From contig OZ059897.1 of NCBI GenBank assembly GCA_964057225.1, positions 8,804,001-8,868,000 on the forward strand: 64,000 nt of DNA, read 5' to 3'. The position numbers were made by a program, and so were the translations under genes. This DNA is from Auanema rhodensis (taxonomy: Eukaryota; Animalia; Nematoda). This document shows positions 1 to 12,505 of this stretch, piece by piece. Position 1 is the stretch's first letter. Every line of letters starts with the position of its first letter. The notes beneath the pieces are model-generated. The model worked only from the letters and a program-made list of their open reading frames with translations. It had not been told where the DNA came from and ran no database searches.

Positions 1-2617
1 ATTCTTTGAAATTTGAGAAAAAAATGACATGAATGTCGCTCATTTGCCAAATGTCAAAGAGCAATGTACAATGGCCATTTTAGAATAGATTTTATAGATG
101 AGAAACACGTTTTTTTCTAAAATTCTCAACTCTATTATACAGAAGAACAAATCGTTTTTAGCTAAATTATAAGTGAATGATGACGATAAAGTCGTTTTAT
201 TCCTTTTCTTCGTTTGTCCTAATCATCTGCTTCTGTATAAGTTAGCAAAGTAACTGATTTTACGCTTTTGTTTTGAAAACGATAAGCAAACAGGTGGTTA
301 GGGGTTAGGGGGTGGGGAGACGGAAACACAGTATAGAGAGAGAAAGAGATGAGATGTTGGGTAGGAATGAAGCTAACGAAATGAGAAAAAAGATGAAAAC
401 TAAGAAAGGTAGTTTTGATATTTACTTCTTAACTTATGTGCTTTTATATGTACTTTTATTTATGTTGGTAGTTCAAAGATAAAATGTTAAATATGGCTTG
501 ATTGCACAAAGAGAGGGCAAAGAAGATGGTAAAGCAGACTCAAACACTTATCTATATAGTTAATATAAACTTTTAGATAGTATTTTGAACTTATTCCATC
601 TAAACAAAAAATAAAAATAAAAGCTGCAATTTGTTTTACATCATATCAGCATTATCATAAAACTTGGCCAATTTGAGCAATAGCTCGTTAAAAGTGATGT
701 TTTTGGATGAAATTTTCTAAAAATGTCATTCTGATCACTAAAGAACTTTAGGATTTTGCGCACAACGCCTGACGAGTACAACTACAATTGAACTTGAATA
801 GGCGGATAAACAGCATGAGAATTTGTAAATTAGAAAGACGATAGAATACGGTATACGAGAATGAATTAGCAGGAGTGACAAGAGAGGTGATCGTAGGAAT
901 TGTGAATGGCTAACTGAGAACCTGAAAACATCTGGGGTTGATAGAAGGGGGTGGCTAAAAGACAGGTTAATACTTAACCGGCCCTGATGTGCTCGTCTTC
1001 TTCTAGCTCCTAGTCGTTATTCCACACTCTCAACTGCTCACAACTTCTCTCATTCCTTACATCCAGCTTGCGCTCATCTAATCGCTCTTTTGGTCATTTT
1101 CATTGTATGGAAGACGATAAAGGATGTGTGTTGACGATTCAGCTTTTCTTCAACTTATTCCATTGCCGACCCATAGCAATTTCCAGCTAATTGAGCCGAA
1201 ATAGAAACAAAACAGAAAAGGCTCAGAGTTTTGCATCCTCTAACTCCATCTCACCTCAGTCTTCTATTTCGTCGTCTTTGCATCTCTCTACCTCTCTGAT
1301 AATCCGAATTGCGACTGGTCAGATGGTCATCATCAGAGTTCATACGGCCTCTCGTCTGAAAAAATTGAGAAGGATTGGAAAGATGCATCTAGGACTTAAT
1401 GTCCTAAAATTAGATGTTCTTACACAGATGCTCTCCTTTATTTCTCTAATTCTCTTTGTTTCTTTTGACAATTTCTTTCAAAGTCGCCCTAAAAACCATT
1501 CTGATCATCATGCATGTTCACAATTTCAACTTATTTTCATCGTGTTTACTTAACGAAAATGAAAAATTATAACAAAAAGATTTGTAAATAAATTATTTTT
1601 TCGTCATTATTCATCTGCAAAAAAAATGTTTTTTTTGCATTCAGTCACGAAACTAAACTTCAATAACTGATGATGATGAGAATCCAAATGAGATAATTAG
1701 TATTTTATCAATTAATTATATATAAATACATAGTTTAATTAAATAATTTTAATCATAAAAATACAAAACAAATTAAGCTATGTACATACAATAATTGATA
1801 AAATAATAATAATATAAACTATATTTTAAAAATAATAATTAATGAGCCCTTGATATTTCTTTTGACCAACTTGTTAAGTGGAATATTCTAACTGGATTTG
1901 ATCATAAAATGTTTTTAATTGGAAATGTTCTTCTTCTTCTTCTTCTTCTTCTTTAAGGAAATAAAAATGATCTGGTAAACAAACTAGTTCTTATGTATGA
2001 ATTTCAAACACATTGATAGATATGATTATGTAAAAGTACGATTACTTGTCAACCATCCTTGTTGGTTTTCAAATTTGAACAAAAAAAAACGGAAATATAG
2101 ACAAGTAATGAAATGAACTTTTAAAAAGAATTCGTATTCAACTTATGTTTAATTTGAAAAATGATGTTAATTGAGTAAGATTGAATAAAAACAATGAAAT
2201 TTCAACTTTGAACCTTTTGAAAGCAAAGCACAAAGCTTTGTTGGCTAATACTTTCTGAAATTCAATTTTCATTCTGATTTTTATTCAAAATTTCATTTCT
2301 ATGATCTTATGTTATTATTTCCTTTCAATTAAGAAAACAAGGAAATTTAAGATATCAATAGTATTGAGTTAATAATATCAGAGCACAACCGGTTATCGTC
2401 AATCAAAATTTCAAAATGAACAGCCAAAAAAATGAAAAAGTTCGTATACTTAATCATGTGAATTATAATTAAAACTTTGCTTGTTCTTTGAAATGATACT
2501 TAATTGAATTTAATGAATGATGATCATTAGTTAGTTAGTTAGATAGATAGATATTAGAAAAGAATATAAAAGAGTTTTCAACCTATGCTTATACTAAGAA
2601 TTACTCTGATGTTCTTC

Positions 2618-2621
<4 letters not shown>

Positions 2622-2657
<36 letters not shown>

Positions 2658-4255
2658 GCTCTCTCTCTTCCTATCTTTCGCTCTCTCTCTCTCATATTTT
2701 TCCATTATAATCATTGAAATTTTATTTTTTTAAGTTAAGTATATTTTCTAAAAACTTTCTTACTTTTCATGTTCTATATTGCTCTGAAAAGATTTTGTTG
2801 AAAATTTGATTGCTTTTCTTATCAAATGAGAACGTTCATCCAATCTCCCTCACTTGCTGACTAAACAAAAGAAAACACAAAACTTTTTTTTTTGAAACTC
2901 TTATTATTATTTTATTTTCATTCAAATAAATAATATAAATTATATGATATATTGATAGATAAATTGAATATATTTCATATTATTATGCTCAAAGAGAGGT
3001 GAACATGAAGATGATCATATAGATGTTGATTATGATTATTCCTTTACTTGTATACTACTATATACTATATGTTTTTCCTTTAAAAAGAACATTTGTTCCA
3101 TGTAAATACATGTAGGAAGTTTCTTCTTCTTATTTCAATCACACATACACACATACATATCATCTATCAGAGAACTTTCTACGTTCAATTTGTTTATTTT
3201 CAGACGAAATGAAACATCAAAGACGAACAAACTTTACGAATTCTTATGCAATATGATGAAGAGAGATAATGATTTCAATTCAAGTATACATATTATATCA
3301 ATGAAAATTTCTTTTTTTTTTCAATAATTTTTTGAAAATTCGAAAAGATAAAATAGCAAATTTCAATGACTTTCTTTTTCTTTTCACTACATATGGCTAT
3401 TTCATCTCAGATTCATGATGCTTTTTCCTGGATTTTTCAATTTTCATTTTCATATTTACCTCTTGTCAACATTGTATAGTATAGTAGCTTATCTAATATA
3501 GTATAATCAGAAAAATAACTAAATTTAGACTTATGTATCTATAGTAGCATATATACTGTATCCATTTACATTTTGCAGGATTATTTCCTTCTTCAATAAT
3601 ATTTTCAATTTCTTACAAAATTTTCATATAAAAGTGATGAAGAAAAGAGTTTTTAGCAGATCATCATGCAAGTTTCTTTATATTTTACTCACTTTCTCTC
3701 TTTTTGCTCTCACTCTCGAAGGATTGTATCAACTACGAACAACATATGATGAAGCACATCCCTCCTCTCTCTCTCTCTCTCTCTCTAACAGCAGTAATAT
3801 CAAGACAACAACCCAGTTTAACGAAAGCTCTGTTCGATTAAAAGTAAATTTTAAGTATTTCAATAAGATTTTTCACTAAAATTAATTGATTCAAGCAAGT
3901 TTCAGGCTCAAGTGATAAAAATGTTTTTTTCTTCTATTCTTACATCTACTAGAAATATATATTTTTTCTTTTTTTTTATTCATTTTACATGTTAAAAATG
4001 AACAAATAGTTCTTGTTTTACATATTTTCCACCTCATCCTTCTTCTTCAATTTTTTTGAAAATTTCTTAAACAAATTATGATTTTAAATGTAATAATTGG
4101 TGTTTCTTCATACAATCTTATCACTAATTAACGACCGAACTCATAATAGCCACTTGCTGCTCGTACTGTGAATGGCAATAAGCTCTTCTCACATATCTAA
4201 CCGTCCTACCCCCTCTCTATCTCAATCTCTCTCTCTCTCTCTCTCTCTATCTCAA

Positions 4256-4300
<45 letters not shown>

Positions 4301-4882
4301 ATCTCTCTCTCTCTCTCTACATGCTTATGCTGGTTACTAACCAATTGTCCTCCAAGAATCATAATAGTTTTTTTTGATTCTTCTTCAGTTACAGTTGATC
4401 ATTCACAACAAAGAATTCTTCATTTAGTTGTCGTTTAAACGATTTATTTTCAAAGCTTGATGACGAAACACGCAGATGTTGATGCAACAGATTTTCATGA
4501 ACATTTCACGTGAATGAGCGACGACCTCGTCCCTTCTTCAGATATCTGTGAAAAAGTGATAAGCGGGGAGTTCCAGTGCCTATCTCATCATGATAACAAC
4601 GAAATGATTGTAACGAAAAATTCGAAACAGATTCATGAAGAGGTCAAAGTATATGACGGTCTTGATCTCATCTGTTTCATCATTTTCATCCTTTAAGTCT
4701 TTATAAGATTCATCACACGGCTTCATTCTATTTTTCTCGTTTTCGTTAAACATTAAACAGGCGCTTCTGTTTACTATAGCATCATGCACCATTGTCCTTC
4801 GCTTCGTTCTCGTTGTCTTTCCCAAAATTTTCACGTAATCTGATCTACTAACTGATTTATTTCACGTTTTCACCTCTCCCAA

Positions 4883-4941
<59 letters not shown>

Positions 4942-5636
4942 ATCTGTTTCCTGTTAACTATTCCGATATTACTTCATTAACCATAAATACTATCTCAGAA
5001 AGTTGTTATTCATTCAAATAAAACAGTAACAACCATCATCATACATTGTCCAGTATACCTTACCATGACGACTATCCATTTGTGACGATCTTTACCATTC
5101 CTAATACCATTATTACTCTTTGTTTACAAATTCATTTGTTTGGTATCTAATCATTCTTATCTCTTTTACCTAAAATTCGCATGTCAATTATCAATTGAGC
5201 AATCCAATATTCTCTCAATTTCCTATTAAATCTCGGTCTTATCTCATTTCTCCCTACCTATTATTCTATTTTCCTTACATTTGTAACCTATTCTCCTCCT
5301 CCTTTCTCCGTTTTTCTATCAAAATCTCAACCCTTTGTACCTTAATCATTTATAATCTACATCAAACATTTTCAATTTTCTGATATAAATAATATTTCAA
5401 AGATCTTCACGTAGCTGTCATTCAATTCGTGTCAGTGAACATCATCTCAGCTACAATTTGTGTTCTTTCAAACTGATATTTTTAATTATTTTTAAGGTTT
5501 GTAAATCAAAATCATTCTGACAGTTCAGATAATGATAATTTTATTTAAAAATCAACAAGTGTTTCTTAATCTAATCATCCAGTTTCAAAGCTTCTCACAC
5601 GTCTCTCCAGTCATCATCTCAACATTCATACACCCA

Positions 5637-5687
<51 letters not shown>

Positions 5688-6239
5688 ATTTCTTTTCTAA
5701 ACGATGATTAGTCATTGAACATGAAACCTTGCATCATTTTTCGATTCACACACATGAACTCTTAATACTTTCCTTCCTTCCTTCATTCTATCCTTCAATG
5801 TTCCATCATCAAAATCGAACAAAGTACATCCAATTGATATTCCAACTTTCTTTCATTTCTTCGTACATTTTGCAAAATCAAAAATTTATCATTTGATAAA
5901 CATTCTCTTTTTTCTCCGATTTATAGAGTTTATGATCCAAGAAATACCAAGGTATTTCCCAAACCCTATCTTTCTTCGGTGCGTCTGGTGATAACGCAGT
6001 AGCTCTTCAACTTCTGTTCAAAAAGGTGTAACTTAATCATAATCTTCACTTATTTTATTTATTTTCTTCCTAACGTTTTTCTTTTCATCTTCAAAAATAT
6101 TTGTTCAAAATTAGTTTACAACAATAATTTAAAACAGAAAGTATAAAGCATACATCAATACTTTTACATTTATAAATAACGTTAGCTTATCAACTAGTTT
6201 ATTTCTTATTTCCCTTACAATTAGCGATCTTTACTCCTA

Positions 6240-6291
<52 letters not shown>
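2622..6291 (+). repeat. Cluster of (CT)n microsatellites (approx. 2622-2694, 3765-3786, 4212-4318, 4888-4944, 5639-5685, 6241-6291)
   Basis: Dinucleotide runs read directly from the sequence, all with CT on the + strand. Confidence 0.95.
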
Positions 6292-6295
<4 letters not shown>

Positions 6296-7080
6296 TATCT
6301 ATATATATATTTTCTTCTTTTCCAATCAAAAACCACTTCTACATATCTTCCTTCTTCATATTTTTGGCATACAATAGTCCAAGAAGTTTGTTTGGATCAA
6401 AGTCTACCGTATTTGGGAGAACATATTATACCGCGAAATTCAAAAGATTTCTTTCTCTCTCTTTCTCTCTCCCTCTATCTTCCTGTCTTCCTTCATATCT
6501 CGTTTGTCATATATCTATAGTTTGCATTTTCTTTTCATTATCCATCTATTCATCTTCACATAATACCATTTTTTATGTTGTCTATGTGATAATAGAGATC
6601 AAAGTATCAGTAAGTTCAAAGAATTTTTATATCAAATAACTATATTTGACTTGACTTTTGGCTTATAACCAATTTATATCACCTAAGTATTATTATCTGT
6701 TAAAATCATCAAAGATCATTACTATTTCATTAATTTATATATGTTATTTACTTTATCCAATCAAGTCTTGAAGTTCTTTTTCGCAATGTTTACAGTCTTC
6801 ATATCGTTTTTGGCAAGTTTTCTCCCGCCACGATACAGTAAATGAGATATTTCGATGACAAAATTCTGTTAATTGTTGTGTGTTATATGGATAAGAATCT
6901 CTTTTCATATCAAAATACTCTTTTATGTCCAGTTTGGTCACAATTTTGATAAAAACATTTGTTTAAAATCTTTATTTATTTGTTTTTTTTAATTTTATCC
7001 CTCGTACCTCTTTTCTTTCCTTTCGTTCGTTTTCTATCATAATGCTGTAAACTGTATGAATTTTTAATGAAAAACCTTAT

Positions 7081-7087
7081 TTTCCAG
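7081..7087 (+). promoter_or_regulatory. Splice or trans-splice acceptor (TTTCCAG) 5 nt upstream of the CYTH ATG
   Basis: Sequence tttccag|gaataATG fits the nematode acceptor consensus and sits immediately before the start codon. Confidence 0.6.
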
Positions 7088-7092
7088 GAATA

Positions 7093-7831
7093 ATGCAACA
7101 ATCAATCGTTATAAAAGCTCGTGTAGAAGATTTGGAATTAACTGAAAATGCAATTTTCGATTTGACTGATTCATTGGGAACGTTTTTCGTTCAAGAAGAT
7201 GTGTATTTCAATGTGCCTCGTGGATATTTAAAGCTGAGAATCATGCATCCAAATGTAAAAAATTGATTGAGAAAAGGGAACGCTCGTCTCATGATTATGG
7301 TTATTTCAGCGTTGTGGTCATCTGATTTTCAATAGCAGCTCTAAGATGTCTGGACATAAAATGAGTGAATCACAGATAACAGAAGTTGAAGATGTCTTTC
7401 AAATTCGCGTATGTTTTTGATATTTTAAATGAAAATTTAGTATTTTGGAGATGTTTTCAGACAACTCTCTCAGCTGCTTTGGGAGAATTGGGAACAATTC
7501 TTAAGAAGAGACGTGTTTTCAATGCTGATAATCTTCGTATTTACTTGGATGATGTAGATGAGATGGGTACATTCGTCGATATATCGGTTAGTATTCATTG
7601 ATTTTGAGCCCGTAAACAAGTTTTATATTTCAGTTAACAATGAATAGTTCTGATGAAGAAGAAATGGTTAAACGAGCTGTTAATATTCGTAGCCAATTAC
7701 AAATCAAAGAATCTGATATAGTACCCGTTGCTTATTTGGATTTGAAAATGCAAAAGCTTTCATTTGATGAGGATAACTCAATTGATTCAAAGTATGGATC
7801 TTCATCAGATGATAGTGATGCTTCAGCATAA
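7093..7831 (+). CDS. CYTH-superfamily (CyaB/class IV adenylate cyclase, triphosphate tunnel metalloenzyme-like) protein, 4 exons, 194 aa
   Basis: Exons 7093-7254, 7310-7408, 7461-7586 and 7634-7831 are joined by GT..AG phase-0 introns of 47-55 nt. Translation: MQQSIVIKARVEDLELTENAIFDLTDSLGTFFVQEDVYFNVPRGYLKLRIMHPN-RCGHLIF...-TTLSAALGELGTILKKRRVFNADNLRIYLDDVDEMGTFVDIS-LTMNSSDEEEMVKRAVNIRSQLQIKESDIVPVAYLDLK... The motifs IKAR, QxDxYF, LxLR, KxR, LDxVxxxGxF and YLDL match the CyaB/CYTH pattern. Acidic C-terminal tail. Confidence 0.85.
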
Positions 7832-8016
7832 ATCATTTTTACCTTTTTTCCAAAAAAAAGAGGATTAAATACAACTGTTTTTGGCATAAATGATGATTTA
7901 TCATCATCAATATCATTAGTATGAGGCGTTAGAAACAGCATAAGCAGTAGCAGCACTTGCTTCGTTCGTCTTTCCAATAACTATATGAATACATAAAACA
8001 CTATTTGTTTAAATGT

Positions 8017-8051
<35 letters not shown>

Positions 8052-8390
8052 TTTTTCTAGACCTTCAACACTTACAACTACTATAACTGCCTTCATCTCC
8101 CTTCTCTACTACTTCTACTACTCGTACTATCTTTCCCTCCTACTACTATAATTTCTTTTTATTATCAGAACAACAATACTAATAATCCAAAAAAAAAACA
8201 AACAAAAACTAATATAAATCGAATAAAAAAAACTTTTTTCGCGCATTCGGGTACATGTATTTACGCGTAGTATCGTTAAATCTAATTTTTTTTTCGATAG
8301 AATGTTTGTATACATTGTGTGTGTTTGTGTTTTTTTTCCTTTAAATATGTATATTTATCTTAATTTTCAAGAAAATACTTAATTTTGATC

Positions 8391-8396
8391 AATAAA
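8391..8396 (+). terminator. Candidate polyadenylation signal of the CYTH gene
   Basis: AATAAA at the end of a T-rich 3' region, ~560 nt after the stop codon. Confidence 0.35.
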
Positions 8397-8841
8397 TTCT
8401 GTAAATTGACTGAATTATTTACATGAAAATCGAAAAATTCAACTACATATAGTACAGTACAATAGAAACATGGGAATGCACATGTGAACAGGAGTAAGGT
8501 TCTTGTAATTAATTATAAAACACTTGGAATAAAACTTGGTTTGAAGTTAATGATAACGAGAAATAGACACATGTTTATATATATATCTGACATTTAATAA
8601 TTTTTTTTTGAATAATTATAAGAAAAAACATTTATTTTTAAATTATTCCTTATAAGAAATTTGAAATTCATTCCATTATTCGCACATTTTTCAAAATAGA
8701 TGGCGGCACCTTTTTCCTTAAATATAAATTTTGTTTTAAAGATTAAAATCATTTTAAACTCAAAATCACAGCAATTAATCACAGGGTAAAAACCAAAAAA
8801 CAACAACAAATATTCTCACAAAAGGTTAAAAAAAAAGAAAT

Positions 8842-11800
8842 TTACATGTTATCTATCTGTCGAATTTCTTCTAATAATGAACGGAATAATGGACTTTTTC
8901 TCAAAATTGTTCCATTCGGAAGAGCTGCTTTAGCTGCTGGTCGTTCACCGTTTGTATATAACTTGAGGAAGAACTTCTTTCCCAAAGTTCTAACCTACAA
9001 TTCAAGAAAAATCATTTGCAATCATGTTACACAGTCATAGGAACTTACCTCTGGATCTCCATTAACTAAACAACCTGTTGAAAATTTCCGGAAAATTCTT
9101 TCATTTAATCCTCTAAAAATGAAAAAAAATGCTAAATTTATTTAAAAACTGTTTGATTTACGCTTCATCATTCGGAACTTCGTAGTGATTTAATGCTTGA
9201 TCAACCATTAGTACCCGTCCTCGATCAGCTCTCATACCATCTGTTGATATTAGAATAGGCAAATAGGCTTTTGCCATCTGAAAATATGGCCAAAAGAAGT
9301 ACGAATTTGTCGAAAAAAGTACAAACACGAGTATCTGAAGTAATTATATTCACAAATTCCTTAATTGTGATCTGTGGAGCTCTTTTGTCCTGAAAAAAAT
9401 CGAAAAACAATGAATTGAATTGGAAACAAACAAACTTTGCAATCATTAGCTTTTCGTATAAGTTGATCACATGTAGCTTTAGCTAAACGGTTAGCACATT
9501 TGAAAAAATGATATTTTGGTATAAATTCTATTGTAAAATAGGATAACAAGTCTAGTGCTGCTGAATAAACCTTAATAATAATTAAATTATATTATAATTA
9601 ATATAATATAAATTATATTTACATTATATAAACTATCATTAAGGACACGATTTAACACATATATCGTTGATTCAATATAATCTGATACACTTCGATCTGC
9701 ATTCATATTTTCCAGCTTTTCCCTAACTTCAGCTATACTATCTAGCTTTTTCTGCCACTGTTTGGAGAATATTTTGGCAACCTAAGCTTATATACTGCTT
9801 GAAATGAGTGAGTATGAGTGAACTTACAGTCTCTGTCCCAAAGCAAGCAACAGCTTTAGAGCTAAGACCTTTCTGACTTGATGGAATGATGTTAAGAAGA
9901 TCTTCTTCTGTCTGATCTTCTGAATGAGTTGAGTTTATTTCCATATTTGATAATGATCTTCTGAATTTTTTCATAAGTTTTCATTTTTTTTTAAAGATTT
10001 GCAACCCTTTTAACGCTGCTGGAACAATCATATTTTCTTTTTCCATGAACTTATTCGTTTTTGGACGCTCACTTCGAGTTGAACTTCCTGTTGACTTTCG
10101 ACGAGTTTTATTAATCTGAAACTATGATGAATGTCAAATGAGAACAACTATTCTTCTTGCTTTTAATGTTTCCACAGAACTATTGGATGCTAGGGATTCA
10201 GCTGATATTGGACGACCTCTCAAGGACTTTCGAGATACAGCTTTTTCTATAATCACGTTTCATCATTTTACCATTTTTTTTAAAACCTCGATCAACTGAT
10301 TCAGTTGAAACTGGACGACGCGATACACTAGATCTCGATTTTGTTCTTTTCTGAGTTGATCGAATTGATGATGAAGATGCTGGAGGGCGTGGTGGTAGAA
10401 GAGCTAAATCAGCTGTACCATGAACTTCCGTTGGAGATAAATCTCAAAAACTTATCAATATAATCATTTAAAGGGCTTTAGGAAAAGCTCAACATACCGA
10501 CAGGTGTATACAGCTTTGGACGATGTGGCGGAAATTCTGTGATTTCTTCTGAAAATAAGTTTTTCGGTCGATGTACTTCAACATCATCGTTCGAAACCTG
10601 AACAAAGATAACGTTGGAATAAGTTTCAAAAAATAAGAAAAGGTTTACAGGATTTTCTTCTATTAATTTGGAATCGATAGACGATAGAATATTAGCTCTC
10701 AAGGATTTGATTTCATCTTGTAAATCTTTAGCTCTTTGATAATCTTCTTCATCAATTGCTTCTTTCTAAATTATTTTATTTTTGAAAATATTAAAAGTTT
10801 TCTTTCTCTCACCATATCTCTTTCTAATTCAAAAACTTCTTTTTTGGCTTTCTTCAAAGTTCTTTGAACTATCTGAGCTTGCTTAGCCAAAGGAAAATTT
10901 TCATTCTAAACCAAAAACTTTTTGTAAAAAAAAAAAAAAGTTTTTCATACTGTTACAGCTTGTAGCTTGTTTGCCTCAACAATTTTTGCTAACTTATCAA
11001 GTTCTTCTGAATATCTGAAAATATTTTTGAAGTGGAAACTTAAGAGACTATTGTTCAACTTTACCGTCCTCTGCCATCTCTAGTTGGAACTTTTCGTTTT
11101 TCTTCCCAATTTTCAAACATTTCATGCTCAACGGCATCTGGTAGAGCTTTTCCAATAATTTTTACATTTACAAGTCCAACCTGTTATGAATTGTTCGTAA
11201 TATTTTAATTTTTAATTAAAATTTACTTGATTTTCTGGATTAGTATCCATATCATAACATCCTAGTATTCGTAAAACTAAAGATGAACATGCTTCATCCA
11301 AATATACAGTTTTCATTTCATGTTTACTAGATAAACTTTTATTTTTTTTAAATTTAACTTCTCTAAAATTTATTTTTTCAAAATAAAAAATACGAATTTT
11401 CAATAGAATCTTACCCTAGGCTTTTCTCGCCTTCTTTCCCATTACATACTAATTCTAAACCTTCGGCTGAAAATATTATAATAATTTAAAATAAAATTTA
11501 ATAAAATAAAAATGATCAAGTTTATTATAAACTTGAGCATGATCTTTTATTCTGTTGAGCTTTGAAGTTTGATAACTAACGCTACTACACAGGATCAGCA
11601 ATTAATCTTATGATTCTTACAATTTTTAAGCTTTAACATCTTTGTTTTTCAAAGTTTTCAAAGTTTAAAAATTATAAAATAAATAGAAATAATGAACTAT
11701 AAATAGATTATATATTAAAAACAAAAATAAACATACGAATATAATAATTATGACATGTTATTAGTAATTTTTCCACATTACTCAATTTGCGAAACAGCAA

Positions 11801-12104
11801 TTCCAGTTCGATTGGATAATGAGCATTTCTGAAAATATTATTTTTATTTTCAAAGAAACAAATAAGAAATAGATATTTATGTATTTCATATTTATATGTT
11901 AGTTAAGTTTCTAGTGCATTTGTTGCCACCCACCCCTCCGATAAGAAATTTGCATTTCAATTGCGAATTAGATGGGGTGGCAACAAATGCACTAGGGCCA
12001 AGGTTTACGTACGGTTCTGATATCCATTCATCATGATTAAGAAGATGTACATCAGTATGAGTTTCAGTATTAATACGTGAAACTATATAATCAATTTCAG
12101 TCAT
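8842..12104 (-). CDS. CEP104: CEP104-like centriolar/ciliary-tip protein (N-terminal jelly-roll, coiled coil, basic linker, TOG-like HEAT repeats); multi-exon
   Basis: Phase-consistent exons 12104-12013, 11828-11737, 11466-11415, 11362-11227, 11180-11065, 11014-10951, 10905-10813, further short exons, last exon 8994-8842. Translation: MTEIDYIVSR..WISEPNAHYPIELELLFRKLSNVEKLLITCHNYYIPEGLELV..SLGEVKF..HEMKTVYLD..NQVGLVNVKIIG (parallels CEP104 W..FPQEI..L.AHQY.I..ELKSVYVD..NQVALVAINIIG). Then KEAIDEEDYQRAKDLQDEI (coiled coil) and ..FSTGCLVNGDPEVRTLGKKFFLKLY.. (TOG). Stop TAA at 8844-8842. Acceptor ttttatag lies 3 nt before the ATG. Middle exon boundaries are approximate. Confidence 0.8.
11911..11995. 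repeat. Perfect 21-bp inverted repeat (hairpin) in intron 1 of the CEP104-like gene
   Basis: ctagtgcatttgttgccaccc (11911-11931) is the exact reverse complement of gggtggcaacaaatgcactag (11975-11995). Confidence 0.9.
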
Positions 12105-12492
12105 AATCTATAAAAATATAAAAATACATATAGTTTATAGTTAAATGAAATATTTGATTGTAAATTATCAAAATAAATAATAAAATGAATGGAAAATGAG
12201 ACAGATGTTTAACGTATACAACACAATTTCAATATGTATAATCAAGCTGTTGAACATGAAAAAATACAAATTTGCACATAATTGTACAAAAAAAAATGTG
12301 CAATGAGCTGCGGTAATTATGCTTAATGCATGGAAAGATTCCAACATTTAACATAGTTTGACCAACAGTTAGAATAGAAGGTGTATATAGCTTATAGATG
12401 ATTCTAAATATATGAGTTCAGAAAATAGCTAAATTAGTTTCGTAGTTGAGCAGGTAAAGCCTTATGATGATGACAACGGGAATGTTTTGGGA

Positions 12493-12505
12493 AGCACCTG
12501 GCAAC
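12493..12505. promoter_or_regulatory. Degenerate X-box-like element AGCACC-T-GGCAAC ~390 bp upstream of the CEP104-like ATG
   Basis: One perfect RFX half-site (GTTGCC on the - strand); the second half is degenerate. Located upstream of a ciliary-type gene. Confidence 0.3.

Noticed and set aside
296-318. TTAGGG-like repeats
   Set aside because: Only two imperfect copies, and the nematode telomere repeat is TTAGGC. Not telomeric.
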